A stretch of 64,000 bases of DNA from NCBI RefSeq assembly GCF_001194135.2, contig NC_069001.1:33585285-33649284 (forward strand). The letters run 5' to 3'. Of the stretch, positions 14,130 to 28,129 are shown one piece after another. Source of the stretch: Octopus bimaculoides (Eukaryota). The position numbers were made by a program, and so were the translations under genes. The notes below the pieces were generated by a model. It had not been told where the DNA came from. It did not search any database and saw only the letters and a list, made by a program, of their open reading frames with translations. The first letter of the stretch is position 1. The number at the start of each line of letters is the position of its first letter.

Positions 14130-14920
14130 ACCCGTGCAGCTCGAACCCACATCTTCTATAAACACGGCAGACGTTCTTTCATTGGGCCAAAGCAATCTTT
14201 CAAAATTCCCAATCCATTTTCGAAGCTTTGTTCCAGTGATATCCTCCAATATTATCATGCCAGTTTTGTCTCCGTCTCACTCATACACACAACAATCTCT
14301 GCACATATCAAGTAAACATTATTGACCCTCAATCCACCCCACTTAAACATGAATAGCACCAAATTAAAACCATCACGACTACCTCAACTGTTCGGCTTCA
14401 CCATCACTGAGGATCCCTCCTTGCCAACACTCATCCTCAACGTAGCAAACATTGTATCCCAAAGGACATTCTTTTCTCTTCAGAGCAAGAAAATACACAA
14501 CTCAGAATAATTACTAACCTTCAACAACACAGTGCTCCTCCTACATCTGAGATGGTGTTATAGCTAGACGCTCAGATATCCTAGACCTCATCCTAAGAAA
14601 GGCCATCAAACTGATTAAACCGAAGTCATTCACAAACGCAATCCGACCTCTGTCCCAGAGAGACACTATTTCCTCTCTCACCACCTTCTTCGGTGTCATT
14701 CGCTTTTCCTCTCTCAGCCCACTTTCACTCATACACTCTCGACTCACTCGTTTCTCCTCTTCTCATCACTCAAATTTTATCAACCCTCGCAGGTCCGTAC
14801 TAATCACTACCTTTCCAGAAAGTCGCCTTCTGAAATCTCCTCCCTGCAAATGTTTTCGTGCAGCCGTTGATTTGCAACAGTTTAAGAAGAAGGTTAACGG
14901 CATCAACCTTATCGATTTCT
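14130..14920 (+). mobile_element. 5'-truncated, decayed L2-like (CR1 superfamily) LINE, RT C-terminus
   Basis: Peptides LNMNSTKLKPSRLPQLFGFTITEDPSL..ILNVANIVSQR, LFRARKY and ILDLILRKAIKLI..PLSQR match the L2/Crack pattern. Confidence 0.7.
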
Positions 14921-15089
14921 GAGGACCTGCGAAGTCCCCCACCAGAACAAATCATAAAAAAAAAAAATGAAATAAAATAAACTTCATTTACGACTAAGTT
15001 GAGTGCCTCGCGGCATTTTAAAAAATATTTTATAACACACACGCACACACACACACATACGCTCACACGCACATACACACACATACGCT

Positions 15090-15967
15090 NNNNNNNNNNN
15101 NNNNNNNNNNNNNNNNNNNNNNNNNNNNNNNNNNNNNNNNNNNNNNNNNNNNNNNNNNNNNNNNNNNNNNNNNNNNNNNNNNNNNNNNNNNNNNNNNNNN
15201 NNNNNNNNNNNNNNNNNNNNNNNNNNNNNNNNNNNNNNNNNNNNNNNNNNNNNNNNNNNNNNNNNNNNNNNNNNNNNNNNNNNNNNNNNNNNNNNNNNNN
15301 NNNNNNNNNNNNNNNNNNNNNNNNNNNNNNNNNNNNNNNNNNNNNNNNNNNNNNNNNNNNNNNNNNNNNNNNNNNNNNNNNNNNNNNNNNNNNNNNNNNN
15401 NNNNNNNNNNNNNNNNNNNNNNNNNNNNNNNNNNNNNNNNNNNNNNNNNNNNNNNNNNNNNNNNNNNNNNNNNNNNNNNNNNNNNNNNNNNNNNNNNNNN
15501 NNNNNNNNNNNNNNNNNNNNNNNNNNNNNNNNNNNNNNNNNNNNNNNNNNNNNNNNNNNNNNNNNNNNNNNNNNNNNNNNNNNNNNNNNNNNNNNNNNNN
15601 NNNNNNNNNNNNNNNNNNNNNNNNNNNNNNNNNNNNNNNNNNNNNNNNNNNNNNNNNNNNNNNNNNNNNNNNNNNNNNNNNNNNNNNNNNNNNNNNNNNN
15701 NNNNNNNNNNNNNNNNNNNNNNNNNNNNNNNNNNNNNNNNNNNNNNNNNNNNNNNNNNNNNNNNNNNNNNNNNNNNNNNNNNNNNNNNNNNNNNNNNNNN
15801 NNNNNNNNNNNNNNNNNNNNNNNNNNNNNNNNNNNNNNNNNNNNNNNNNNNNNNNNNNNNNNNNNNNNNNNNNNNNNNNNNNNNNNNNNNNNNNNNNNNN
15901 NNNNNNNNNNNNNNNNNNNNNNNNNNNNNNNNNNNNNNNNNNNNNNNNNNNNNNNNNNNNNNNNNNN
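15090..15967. other. Assembly gap (N-run); others at 9090-9285, 16580-17285, 19417-19426, 22304-22884, 26375-27303, 52254-52270, 58639-58648 and 59142-59975
   Basis: Runs of N, nearly all flanked by microsatellites, poly-G or inverted repeats. Confidence 0.99.
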
Positions 15968-16508
15968 ATATAGCATGCATGTAAACAATAAACACGCGTA
16001 TCGCTTCTCAGTCTCTCTTGACGACACAGAGCACCCATTAGCCATCGTCTCCAATGGTACATTAGCACTGACAAAATAGCGCCTCTACCACTTTCAACTA
16101 ACACAACCGTTGGCACCACCACCACCATCACCGCTGGTGCACTCACACCGACAAATCGTCACCGACGTCACCACAACCATCACCATCACCACCACCAATA
16201 ACAACATCATCATGAACGTAACACCACCACCACCACCACTGTTGGCACTGGCACTAACATCGTAATTAATGACAAAAGGAGTGGGAAGGAAAGGTTGAGT
16301 TCCTTGATCAATAATTACTTTGATGTAAAACGATTCTCCAGCAGTGTCGTCTGTTAGGAAACTACATGTCAAATATCATAATTACAGCCACAACATCACC
16401 ACCATTACCTCCATCATTATACCAGCACCAGAACCAGCATCAGCACCAGTAGTTTCATCATCAGTACCATTAGCAGCACCACAATGATCATCATCATCAT
16501 CACCATCA

Positions 16509-16579
<71 letters not shown>

Positions 16580-17288
16580 NNNNNNNNNNNNNNNNNNNNN
16601 NNNNNNNNNNNNNNNNNNNNNNNNNNNNNNNNNNNNNNNNNNNNNNNNNNNNNNNNNNNNNNNNNNNNNNNNNNNNNNNNNNNNNNNNNNNNNNNNNNNN
16701 NNNNNNNNNNNNNNNNNNNNNNNNNNNNNNNNNNNNNNNNNNNNNNNNNNNNNNNNNNNNNNNNNNNNNNNNNNNNNNNNNNNNNNNNNNNNNNNNNNNN
16801 NNNNNNNNNNNNNNNNNNNNNNNNNNNNNNNNNNNNNNNNNNNNNNNNNNNNNNNNNNNNNNNNNNNNNNNNNNNNNNNNNNNNNNNNNNNNNNNNNNNN
16901 NNNNNNNNNNNNNNNNNNNNNNNNNNNNNNNNNNNNNNNNNNNNNNNNNNNNNNNNNNNNNNNNNNNNNNNNNNNNNNNNNNNNNNNNNNNNNNNNNNNN
17001 NNNNNNNNNNNNNNNNNNNNNNNNNNNNNNNNNNNNNNNNNNNNNNNNNNNNNNNNNNNNNNNNNNNNNNNNNNNNNNNNNNNNNNNNNNNNNNNNNNNN
17101 NNNNNNNNNNNNNNNNNNNNNNNNNNNNNNNNNNNNNNNNNNNNNNNNNNNNNNNNNNNNNNNNNNNNNNNNNNNNNNNNNNNNNNNNNNNNNNNNNNNN
17201 NNNNNNNNNNNNNNNNNNNNNNNNNNNNNNNNNNNNNNNNNNNNNNNNNNNNNNNNNNNNNNNNNNNNNNNNNNNNNNNNNNNNNAAA

Positions 17289-17321
<33 letters not shown>

Positions 17322-17404
17322 CAACAACAGCAACAACAACACCTCTACCATCAAAAACAAGCACCACCATTAACACTATCACTAGCCTGACAAGCCAATC
17401 TGCC

Positions 17405-17585
17405 CTCTAGAAATAGCAGTTAAATCTCATTCAACTCACTACAAAACGTGGTAAAAGAACACATTGTATACTGTAGTCCTAGACAATGCTTGCCTAGCAT
17501 AACACATGGGATGGTCGTGGCTGGAATCGCTTTGATCTTATGTCCGCTCGATCAGTGCTAAGGGCTAAAACAACAACATGCATCG
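17405..17585 (+). mobile_element. Representative of an abundant dispersed repeat (ctagaaatagcagccaaatc...ggtcacggctggaatg...aacaacaac)
   Basis: The same motifs recur at about 20150-20410(-), 29990-30545, 32720-32800, 40130-40290(-), 46030-46170, 46440-46650, 50080-50200(-) and 61740-62190(-). Confidence 0.65.
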
Positions 17586-18091
17586 TGTCAACCACTTCAA
17601 CTACCACAACACCTCTAACTTCCATACTTCTTTATAGCCACCACAATAACCCTAACAGCATACACTCGACAACGACAGCACTGAGTGATGACACAGTGTC
17701 AGTGATGACAACAATGACAGCGATGACAGTTATGTCAGCGATGACAGCAATGTCATGAACTGGGAGCATGATAACGACTATTATTATAGAAATAATGAAA
17801 GGTGATGACGAAGACGACGAAGATGATGATTATTATTAAAGGCAATAAGAATAAGGGATTGTGACGATGATGATGAGATTGATGGTGGAAATATAGAATT
17901 AAATACTAGAGAAAGTAACGATGATGATGATGGAAGTGGTAGTGGTGATACTGACGTTTCATGTGCGATGGTGTTAGGGATGACGCTGCTGCTGGTGACG
18001 GTAGCGGCGGCGGCGGTGGTGGTGGTTTTAGTTGGATGCTGATAATTAGGATGGAAAAAATAATGAATATTGTTCTCATCCGTCTTGTCCA

Positions 18092-18174
<83 letters not shown>

Positions 18175-18391
18175 AGGTAACCGTCATGATCAACGTTACT
18201 GGTGATTTAGAAGTTACAAATCTCTTTTGTCTGTCTGTCAGTCTGTCTGTCAGTCTGTCTCTCTGATTGTCTATCTGTCTGTATGTCTCTCTCTCTCTCT
18301 CTCTCTCCCTTTCACCCTTTCCCCACCTCTCTCTTACATGCATATGTGTATCTACATAATCATCAACATTCTTCTTCTTCTTCTTCTTCTT

Positions 18392-18454
<63 letters not shown>

Positions 18455-18733
18455 GTTATTATTATTATTATTATTTATCATTATTATTATTGTGATGAAA
18501 ACTCGCTGCTTATTTTGCTGGGTATGATGGAAAGTGTCAGCTGTCCACAGCCAGCAGACTAAGGTGAGACTTGTTCGCTGGTCAAACTCTAAGGACCCTG
18601 CGAAGAATTCTTGCAGTTCGAAGCAATGATTTTTGTAGGTGTTCTACCTTCGCACTTGCACCAATCTTTTTCAGCCATGTTGAATGCTGATGATTAGAAT
18701 GGAAAAAATAATGAATATCCTCCGCCTACACTA

Positions 18734-18792
<59 letters not shown>

Positions 18793-19146
18793 TAAGAAAA
18801 AAAAATGCTTTATGTCAATTCTTTCAGCTCTTTACGTTCAGAGTTCAAATTCTGTCGAGGTTAACTTTGCCGTTCATCCTTTCGCCATCGGTAAATTAAG
18901 CACCAACTGAGCAACTGCCGTGCTGATGACGGGATTCTAGTCAGAAACATTCTTATCTCCAGACAATAAGCCTGTTCTTTTCCTTAATGGCAGGTTAAAT
19001 TTAGAGAGATTCTTGATTCTCAAATGAAACTTCCATTTGGTAATTGTGATGCAAGCTCTAAAGGCGGAGGCAATTTTAATAAATCAAGAATTTATATTGT
19101 ATAGTATTTGGCATACATGTATTTGTCAATAATATTCAAATACATA

Positions 19147-19372
19147 AGGCGACAAGTTGGCAGACTCGTTAGCACATCGGGCAAAATGCTTAGCGGCATT
19201 TAGTCAGTCTTTACGATCCGAGTTCAAATTCTGCTAAGGTCAACTTTGCTTTTCATCCTTTCGGGGTCAACAAAATAAGTACCAGCTGAGCACTGGGGTC
19301 GATTTAATCGACTAACCTCGCCTCCAAATTTGCTAGCCTTGTGCCAAAATCTGAAACCAATATTAGTCCACT
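19147..19372 (+). mobile_element. tRNA-derived SINE, near full length
   Basis: A-box-like TGGCAGACTCGTTAG, B-box-like GAGTTCAAATTC; body shared with at least 8 other copies in the window. Confidence 0.8.
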
Positions 19373-19793
19373 GAGTAATTTCCCTTCAATTTTGTTCATT
19401 ATATATATATATATATNNNNNNNNNNTATATATAACAAACAGGAGATATACATATTATTTATATATGTAAATACATACACATACATCTACACACAGAAAC
19501 ACATACATGTATGCACGTATGTTTATATGCACGGGTACTTATATTGAGTGGAGAGGTATCTGAATGGATGTATGTGTGTATGTATACATGAATCTACATA
19601 CATGAATCTATCTTCCTGTTAGTGCGCGTGCTTGTACGTGCGCTCGCGTGTATTTGTAATTTTATTCTGCTTGTATGTTGTACAGATTCATTGTGTCATA
19701 TTATGTTTCAAATATTGTCCAATGTTGCTCTTGAAGAAAACAATCAATCATGAAGAGGACTTCGACACGTTAAAGAATGTTCAGCAGAGCTAC

Positions 19794-19833
<40 letters not shown>

Positions 19834-19999
19834 ATGTCCTTTTCTGTTTTCTATGACGAAAGAGGTTGCGTGACGGACATCATTGAAAATCGTAAGGTGA
19901 GGTGGATTCCTTTATTTCTTCGAGTATCATTGGACGCAGTAGGTGAAACTGATGACGATGAGAGAAGTCTTTCCTGCAAATAAATCTTATGAAATACGC

Positions 20000-20055
<56 letters not shown>

Positions 20056-22182
20056 CTGGCATAATGTGAACAAAATATTTGACACTTTCAGCTCCCCATA
20101 GAAACTCCATCGACAAGATTTTCTTAGCGCTACGTGAAGGGTTGTTGTTCTCGGTTTAGCCTAAGATCACTTCTGATCGAACATAGCGGTTTCATTGATA
20201 GGTCCTTTGTTAGTTTCTTTGTTGATGTTGTTGAGCACCAGGTCAGCCCTGATTGAGCAATCTTATGATCAAAGGCGTTCAGTCTTTAACATCCTGGTAA
20301 TTTTTTAGGTTTAGGATTACATTGTCCAACTTATTCCCGCTTTTTGTGGTATGACAGTTGGAATGTGATATGAGGGAAATTTGGCTGCTAATTCTAGATG
20401 GGCAAGCAACCATGAAAATACTCTCACGTTAGCTCGAAGAGTTTGTAGTTTTCAATGCACCCTAATTTTCCCTGTGGGTTTTACTTTGAATGGAGGAATG
20501 CTATTTATTCATTAACGACGTTGTTGCAGTATAAAAACATCATCTTTTATATATTCGAAGTATTCGAAGTGATATTTTTAATGTCCTTTTATGCTTTCTT
20601 TTAGCTCTTGTAATATCCATTTTCACTGACTTTTGAGATAAGGCACAAACAGCAGTATGTATTGTTACGTCATAATAACCTATGGAGTGGGTGGGTGCAT
20701 GCGTATGTGTTTGAATGCGATTTTTTTCTCCTCCTACCTGGTTTCCTTTTTTTTTACTCTCGTTCTCCTTCCTCCTCTCTTTCTTCTTTAGCCCTCCCTC
20801 TCTCGTGCCTACTTCTGTCAATCATCATTCCATTTCACCGAGCACAATTATTCCCTCCGCCCTCCCCTTCCTCTCTGAAGCTACTTCACTTTCTTCTGCT
20901 TGCTTTCCTCTTGCTATTACACTTTAAGGGACAGAAAAGACATATAGCTACAAATACCCAACAAGGCTTATGATGTTTATTATGTGTCTGGGGTGGAGTG
21001 GGGATGGTACTATGCATAGAATGCGTGGCATAATGCGAGATCATTAACGACAAGGTTGTTAGTTCAAATCTTACCTCTGACAATGAAGTAATTTCTTATC
21101 AGACAAAAATCGTTATTTTGTGTCTTTGATCAAGGTACATTACCCTGATTACTTTGGTTCGCCTGATTGATACTGATCTTACTTTATGATGGAAAGGGAT
21201 TTGGCATAACAAAGATATCCAGGTGTAAAAACAATTGCTTCAGTAAAAGAATCCCTAAAATGTAAAACTGAAACAAAACGCATAAAATGATGACTTTCAC
21301 TTCAGCATTATACCGACAAGCAAATCCCTATAATCATTACCCACTTCAGCATTATCAACACTATCCTCATCGTTATTGCTTATGCCCGTGTTTTTGTTCT
21401 GTTTTGTTTTTTTTCAGTACCAACATGATTTTATGTTCACTACAACAACACCGCCAATCATTTTCATACTCCGTCACCTAATCGTAAACACCGAATGTCC
21501 TCAGATCCGACCCCACCACACCTATCAAGATTCTATTGATCTCCCAAGACAGTTCATGTTTCAACATCTTTTTCTTACCCAGTAGGTATCATCTAAGCAC
21601 ATGACCTGTCCATAATATAACTGTCTCCCTCTTGATAAACATCACCACATTATATTTGATGTATATGTGTGTGTGTGTGTGTGTGTGTGCGTATGTGCGT
21701 GTGTGTATGTGTGTGTGTGTGCGTGTATGTGTGTGTGTGTGCGTACGCGCGTGTATTATGATAGAAAACGTTGAGCATTAAGAAATGGCATACCGTATTT
21801 TGTTATGTCTCTCGACGTTCTGAATCCAAATTCCACCAATGTTAACTCTGCCGTCCATCTTTCCGACGTCACTTGGATTTATCCGTGTACTTGACGGGTA
21901 CTTATCTTATTGACAACGAGAGAATGAACATCAAACTCGACGCCGTTGGGATTTAAACTCAGAACGCAAAGATATTTCTAAATACAACCGTTTAATTCTT
22001 TCAGCTGTTGTTTCTGTCAAATTTATCAAGAACAATAGCAATTATCGGATAAATAATATATTTTATATTACCAGTAATCTTTGTCAGCAGAGTAATCTTT
22101 GTATGGTAGTACTTTTTAGATTAACGATAATTTCGGATTCTGGTTGGAATAGCCAAGTTTCTTTGCACTGGAGGATCCCAGT

Positions 22183-22245
22183 TTAGTGTATATGGGGTTA
22201 GTGTATATGGGGTTAGTGTATATGGGGTTAGTGTATATGGGGTTA
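22183..22245. repeat. 15-bp tandem repeat TTAGTGTATATGGGG x4
   Basis: Four perfect units plus TTA. Confidence 0.95.
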
Positions 22246-25200
22246 CGTGACAGCCCAGACACCTTACAGCTATATTATGAGATTTTTGATATATATATAT
22301 ATANNNNNNNNNNNNNNNNNNNNNNNNNNNNNNNNNNNNNNNNNNNNNNNNNNNNNNNNNNNNNNNNNNNNNNNNNNNNNNNNNNNNNNNNNNNNNNNNN
22401 NNNNNNNNNNNNNNNNNNNNNNNNNNNNNNNNNNNNNNNNNNNNNNNNNNNNNNNNNNNNNNNNNNNNNNNNNNNNNNNNNNNNNNNNNNNNNNNNNNNN
22501 NNNNNNNNNNNNNNNNNNNNNNNNNNNNNNNNNNNNNNNNNNNNNNNNNNNNNNNNNNNNNNNNNNNNNNNNNNNNNNNNNNNNNNNNNNNNNNNNNNNN
22601 NNNNNNNNNNNNNNNNNNNNNNNNNNNNNNNNNNNNNNNNNNNNNNNNNNNNNNNNNNNNNNNNNNNNNNNNNNNNNNNNNNNNNNNNNNNNNNNNNNNN
22701 NNNNNNNNNNNNNNNNNNNNNNNNNNNNNNNNNNNNNNNNNNNNNNNNNNNNNNNNNNNNNNNNNNNNNNNNNNNNNNNNNNNNNNNNNNNNNNNNNNNN
22801 NNNNNNNNNNNNNNNNNNNNNNNNNNNNNNNNNNNNNNNNNNNNNNNNNNNNNNNNNNNNNNNNNNNNNNNNNNNNNNNNNNNNACGATTTAGATAAGAT
22901 ATCGCAGTTTCGTGATTGTAGAGTGTCTAAAATTTTTTATGATCATAGGTTAATTTTGTTGTCTACCTGCCTTACCAGCAGGTGATATATATCAATGTTG
23001 TTTTGGATTTCATGCGCAATCCTCTTAATTCCAATGTCTGTGTAAAAATTGAGAAATGGAGATATGAAATAAAAATATAAAAGATTCGGTTTTTGTTAAG
23101 AAAATGTCACCATCGTTGCGTCATAATAGAAACATTTCAAAAAAAAAAAAAAAGAAAGAAAGCATTAGCTTCATATTTCTCAATTTAAACGATATATCAG
23201 TATTAATAGAAAAAAAAAATACGCTTATTAAATGACGTCATAAAGGAATATTACTCTATTAAAAAGACTGGAACGAACATTTCTAAAATACCAGGAAACG
23301 AATTTATAAGTGACGAGGAAAACAGAAAAATGTGAGAGATAAATGATATTGAGTAACGAATATACTTTTATTATGAGTAATTAGCATTGCAATTAAAATA
23401 CAACAGCTAGAGCTAGTAGTCGAGTCGGTGACACCACTCGATATATTGAAAATATTAAATCATTTCGATTTCTCACTTCGTCCCTTAGTTGACAATTTGT
23501 AGAGAAGTATTGTAGATAGACGATTGGTATTTATATTAACAATTGATGGAAAGGTCAAATCAACCTTAGTGAAACTTGAACTTAGAGAGGTGAGGGACAT
23601 AAAAGTCAGGTGTTCTTTAATTTTGATATCAAAAATTGTAAATGATTTCTTTCATTTATAGCATCTCTTTATTTGTGGGATTATTTACCAAGATGCAATT
23701 CTTTTGGGGCAGAAGGAGCTGTTTATAACTAACGTGCCAGAAATAGATAATAGGGATCAGAACAAAATAAGCAGAATATCGGAATAAACAAGCCTTGCAC
23801 CATTTAATTACGTCCCTTTCCCTTCTGAGTTCAAGTCAATTTCATTTTACATCCCTCAACAGTTGGTGAAATTGGTACTGTTAATGTACAACTGAAACCT
23901 AGTACAACGTTCTCTCCAAAAGTGTGGTCTGTGTCAATGTAAGAAATTACTGTTGATATATATAAAGTTACTGACAATGATGGTGGTGGCTATAAGGTAT
24001 TGGTCAATTGACAAACGGACAACATCACTTCAAACTTTGCAGTCTGCTATTTATATCAAAGTGGATTAAAATGGACGACATAAACAGTAAAGCTGCACAA
24101 AATGCCAGGCAGTATTTAATTATATGGAGTCCTCCGATCGATTTCTAAAATGTTAATTCACCTAACAACACGCACGTGACGCGCGCGCGCACACATGTCT
24201 GCATGTGCATGTATGTATGTATGTATGTATGTATGTATATAAGACGCAGATATACACAGATTGTGATTAAGAATTTGATTCGATCTCACTGCGTTACAAT
24301 TCAGGTAAGTATCTTCTACTATAAACTCGGGTTACCAATACCGCGTGAATGGAATCTGGTTGACGGAAACAGCGAAAGCTTATCCTGTCTGTAAGTCAAT
24401 CTAATCTATCTACTTGTCTGTTGATCGATCAATCGTTCTATCTGCTTGTCTGTCGATCGATCAATCGTTCTATATGTCTGTCTGTCTATCTGTCTGAGTT
24501 GGCTCTAGTGTAGATTTCGCCAGCTCTTATAACTCTGGACTTTCTAGAATCTCCGAAAAATAATTTATTGGGAAGTTTGTATAACCTCTCATTAATGTTT
24601 GCTACCTCAAACTGTTACTTTCCAGCCGATGCTGATTGGTCGGTAAACATTTATATGGGCGTCCGTTCGCTCAAGGAGGCAGTCATACTTTTTATGGTGA
24701 TATAGTTGGGCTGCGGCTCCTAGCTGGAAATCCTAGCGAAGTGGTTCGAATTAAAGCAAAGTCCTGCTACAATATTTATAGCAGTAAATTTGATGTGATC
24801 CGTTATATTTAAATGTATCGAGTAAATAGGTAAGCTGCACAAAAATATATCCTTGTATATATTGTTAACTTAAAGTAGTACACGTAGTACCAATGTTAAT
24901 ACGCTCCACCTCTCTTCAAATTCTTCTGAAGCGACTTTATCTTCGTTGATGACACTGGCTGAGTGCACAAAAAGGTTATGTTGAAATGTATTTTTAATCA
25001 CCATAGTTACATTTTTTGTAACTTTTCATAGTTACGTTTCTAGATATATATATGCGACAATTTTAATTTTACATACATCATAACCAGTGGTAAGATAGAT
25101 CTTTTACCTGACTATAATTTAAGGATGAACCAAGAAACATTCATGTTCCGTTATTCTTATACTTGGGGTGCATCCTTCAAGATAATAATCGATTATATTG

Positions 25201-25299
25201 ACTCCATTAATTATATTGACTCCATAGTTATCTTATCAGTAAAAAGAAAAAGACATTTGAAAGTAATGGAACGTAACGAAATAATAGTTTCAAATGTTG

Positions 25300-25490
25300 G
25301 TACAAGGCCAGCAATTTTGAGAGAGGGGCAAGTCGATTGCATCGACCCCAGTACTCAACTGGTACTTATTCGCGAAAGGATGAAAGGTAAAGTCGACCTC
25401 GGCGAAATTTGAACTCAGGAGGTGAAGACATGAAATGCCGATAATCATTTCGCCCGGCGTGCTTACGATTCTGCCAGATCGTCGCCTTAC
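25300..25490 (-). mobile_element. tRNA-derived SINE, same family, CpGs retained
   Basis: aaaggatgaaaggtaaagtcgacctcggcgaaatttgaactcag core. Confidence 0.8.
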
Positions 25491-25681
25491 TGTAACAAAA
25501 TAACACAAGGTATTCTTGTTTGATGCTCCGGCGATTCTGATTTTCCCATAAATAAACAAATATATAAATATTAAAAACATATATTTCGAAACTAAACATG
25601 TTTAAAGGTTCAGCAGTTTTAAAGGTGTTCCAGTTTTTTTTATATATCAAGTGTATGAGTGTGCATGTGTTTGAATGCAAG

Positions 25682-25727
<46 letters not shown>

Positions 25728-26331
25728 GTATCGAGTCATTCGACTTTAACCGCTCCTTAGCATAGGTGCTTTAAACAATGCAAGAGAAAAACAAGCTATT
25801 GATTGCTCAACATATTTGACGACCAACATAGCCATTCGCCCACGCATACATTGAACTATTATTCACTACCGATGAGTTACCACCACTATCACTAACACAC
25901 CCACTACCGCCATCGCTGCCGCCTTAACTACCACAACCATTATCACCACTACAGTTCTATTTGTCAACCGGAACAATCTAGTCATCAGAGTACATACATA
26001 TTATAATTACTTGTCTGAGTCAGTCATAATGTGCGTACAACATTATGCTTCTAAGTCATTCGGAACTCCCTATGTTGGGCGTTTCTATCACTGAGATTTA
26101 ATTGTATTGTTTATAAGCATTCTTTGTCTGGCTGCTTGCTGCGCTTTCAAAATATTCCTCTATTCACTCAACCCTGTTCGTGGCCTCCATTTTTGATTCA
26201 AGGCTATGATCAATAAACTACCTCTTGATTTAATATCCCGTTTCGTAGTAATGGAAAGAATGTGACGATTATAACTCAGTTGGCTATAAAGCATATCATA
26301 TTTCAAAAGTATATACGTACAGTGTAAATAT

Positions 26332-26374
<43 letters not shown>

Positions 26375-28129
26375 NNNNNNNNNNNNNNNNNNNNNNNNNN
26401 NNNNNNNNNNNNNNNNNNNNNNNNNNNNNNNNNNNNNNNNNNNNNNNNNNNNNNNNNNNNNNNNNNNNNNNNNNNNNNNNNNNNNNNNNNNNNNNNNNNN
26501 NNNNNNNNNNNNNNNNNNNNNNNNNNNNNNNNNNNNNNNNNNNNNNNNNNNNNNNNNNNNNNNNNNNNNNNNNNNNNNNNNNNNNNNNNNNNNNNNNNNN
26601 NNNNNNNNNNNNNNNNNNNNNNNNNNNNNNNNNNNNNNNNNNNNNNNNNNNNNNNNNNNNNNNNNNNNNNNNNNNNNNNNNNNNNNNNNNNNNNNNNNNN
26701 NNNNNNNNNNNNNNNNNNNNNNNNNNNNNNNNNNNNNNNNNNNNNNNNNNNNNNNNNNNNNNNNNNNNNNNNNNNNNNNNNNNNNNNNNNNNNNNNNNNN
26801 NNNNNNNNNNNNNNNNNNNNNNNNNNNNNNNNNNNNNNNNNNNNNNNNNNNNNNNNNNNNNNNNNNNNNNNNNNNNNNNNNNNNNNNNNNNNNNNNNNNN
26901 NNNNNNNNNNNNNNNNNNNNNNNNNNNNNNNNNNNNNNNNNNNNNNNNNNNNNNNNNNNNNNNNNNNNNNNNNNNNNNNNNNNNNNNNNNNNNNNNNNNN
27001 NNNNNNNNNNNNNNNNNNNNNNNNNNNNNNNNNNNNNNNNNNNNNNNNNNNNNNNNNNNNNNNNNNNNNNNNNNNNNNNNNNNNNNNNNNNNNNNNNNNN
27101 NNNNNNNNNNNNNNNNNNNNNNNNNNNNNNNNNNNNNNNNNNNNNNNNNNNNNNNNNNNNNNNNNNNNNNNNNNNNNNNNNNNNNNNNNNNNNNNNNNNN
27201 NNNNNNNNNNNNNNNNNNNNNNNNNNNNNNNNNNNNNNNNNNNNNNNNNNNNNNNNNNNNNNNNNNNNNNNNNNNNNNNNNNNNNNNNNNNNNNNNNNNN
27301 NNNTGAAAAATACGTATGGATACAATAAAATCATTTTTCTCCATTTCCTGTTTTTATTCTCCGACAATGTTTCCATTCTTGCAAAATAATTGATTGCGTC
27401 ATCAATTGAAATTACCTGCTGGAGTTTCGTGATGCCTCTCAACAATTCTTCTTATTCTACATTCTTTCGATTGACTAAGATGTCAGGAACGGGCACCACC
27501 AATTCACTTTATTAGGGACTGTTTAGCTTCAGACAAGTGTATGACCATCTTGCAATTGAATCCAGTCTGCGTGATGCGGAGAAGACTATTGAACTGTAAT
27601 GGTTACGGGCGTACATGTGTGCATGTGCTTATTTATGGGCGATGAGTTCAATACGGTGTGTTAAATCATTACCTCTGGGCCTGCAAAACCCAAGGGTACG
27701 TTTCCTTCCTCCAGACAACTCCACCAAATTCCCCAAGCACATAATTTTCCAAATCCACAAGGACTTTCTTTTTACTCCTGCAAAACATTAATTGGTTACT
27801 ATTATTCGTGCATGTCTATTAAATAAAGGAATCGATTTAAGAGACAAAATAAAAAGTCTCATCAGTTATCAAAGCTTCTATGTAGCCATCGGAACTTCTA
27901 GAAATAGCAACCAAATTTCAATGTTTTTATATATCTTGGATCATTGTGTGTAGATAACTCTTCCGTCAAACGAGTCCGTATCCTACAGCTCAACTGATAC
28001 TTATTTTATCGACCCCGAAAGGATGCAAGACAAAGTCGCCCTCGGCAGAATTTGGTATAGTATAAATATTATATATTTTTTTATATAATTTTATTTTCAT
28101 TTCTGTTGGATCCCGCTTATCTGTCAACG

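Noticed and set aside
14800-17410. Long ORFs of 260-448 aa in the track (also 22186-22897, 26160-27445, 59099-60058)
   Set aside because: They run through N-gaps (X residues) and microsatellites; they are artefacts.
19147-19260. tRNA gene
   Set aside because: A/B-box-like motifs are present but no cloverleaf, and the sequence continues into a multi-copy SINE body.
22183-22245. CRISPR-like arrays (also the 41-bp pair at 55962)
   Set aside because: Tandem units with no spacers, eukaryotic context and no cas genes.
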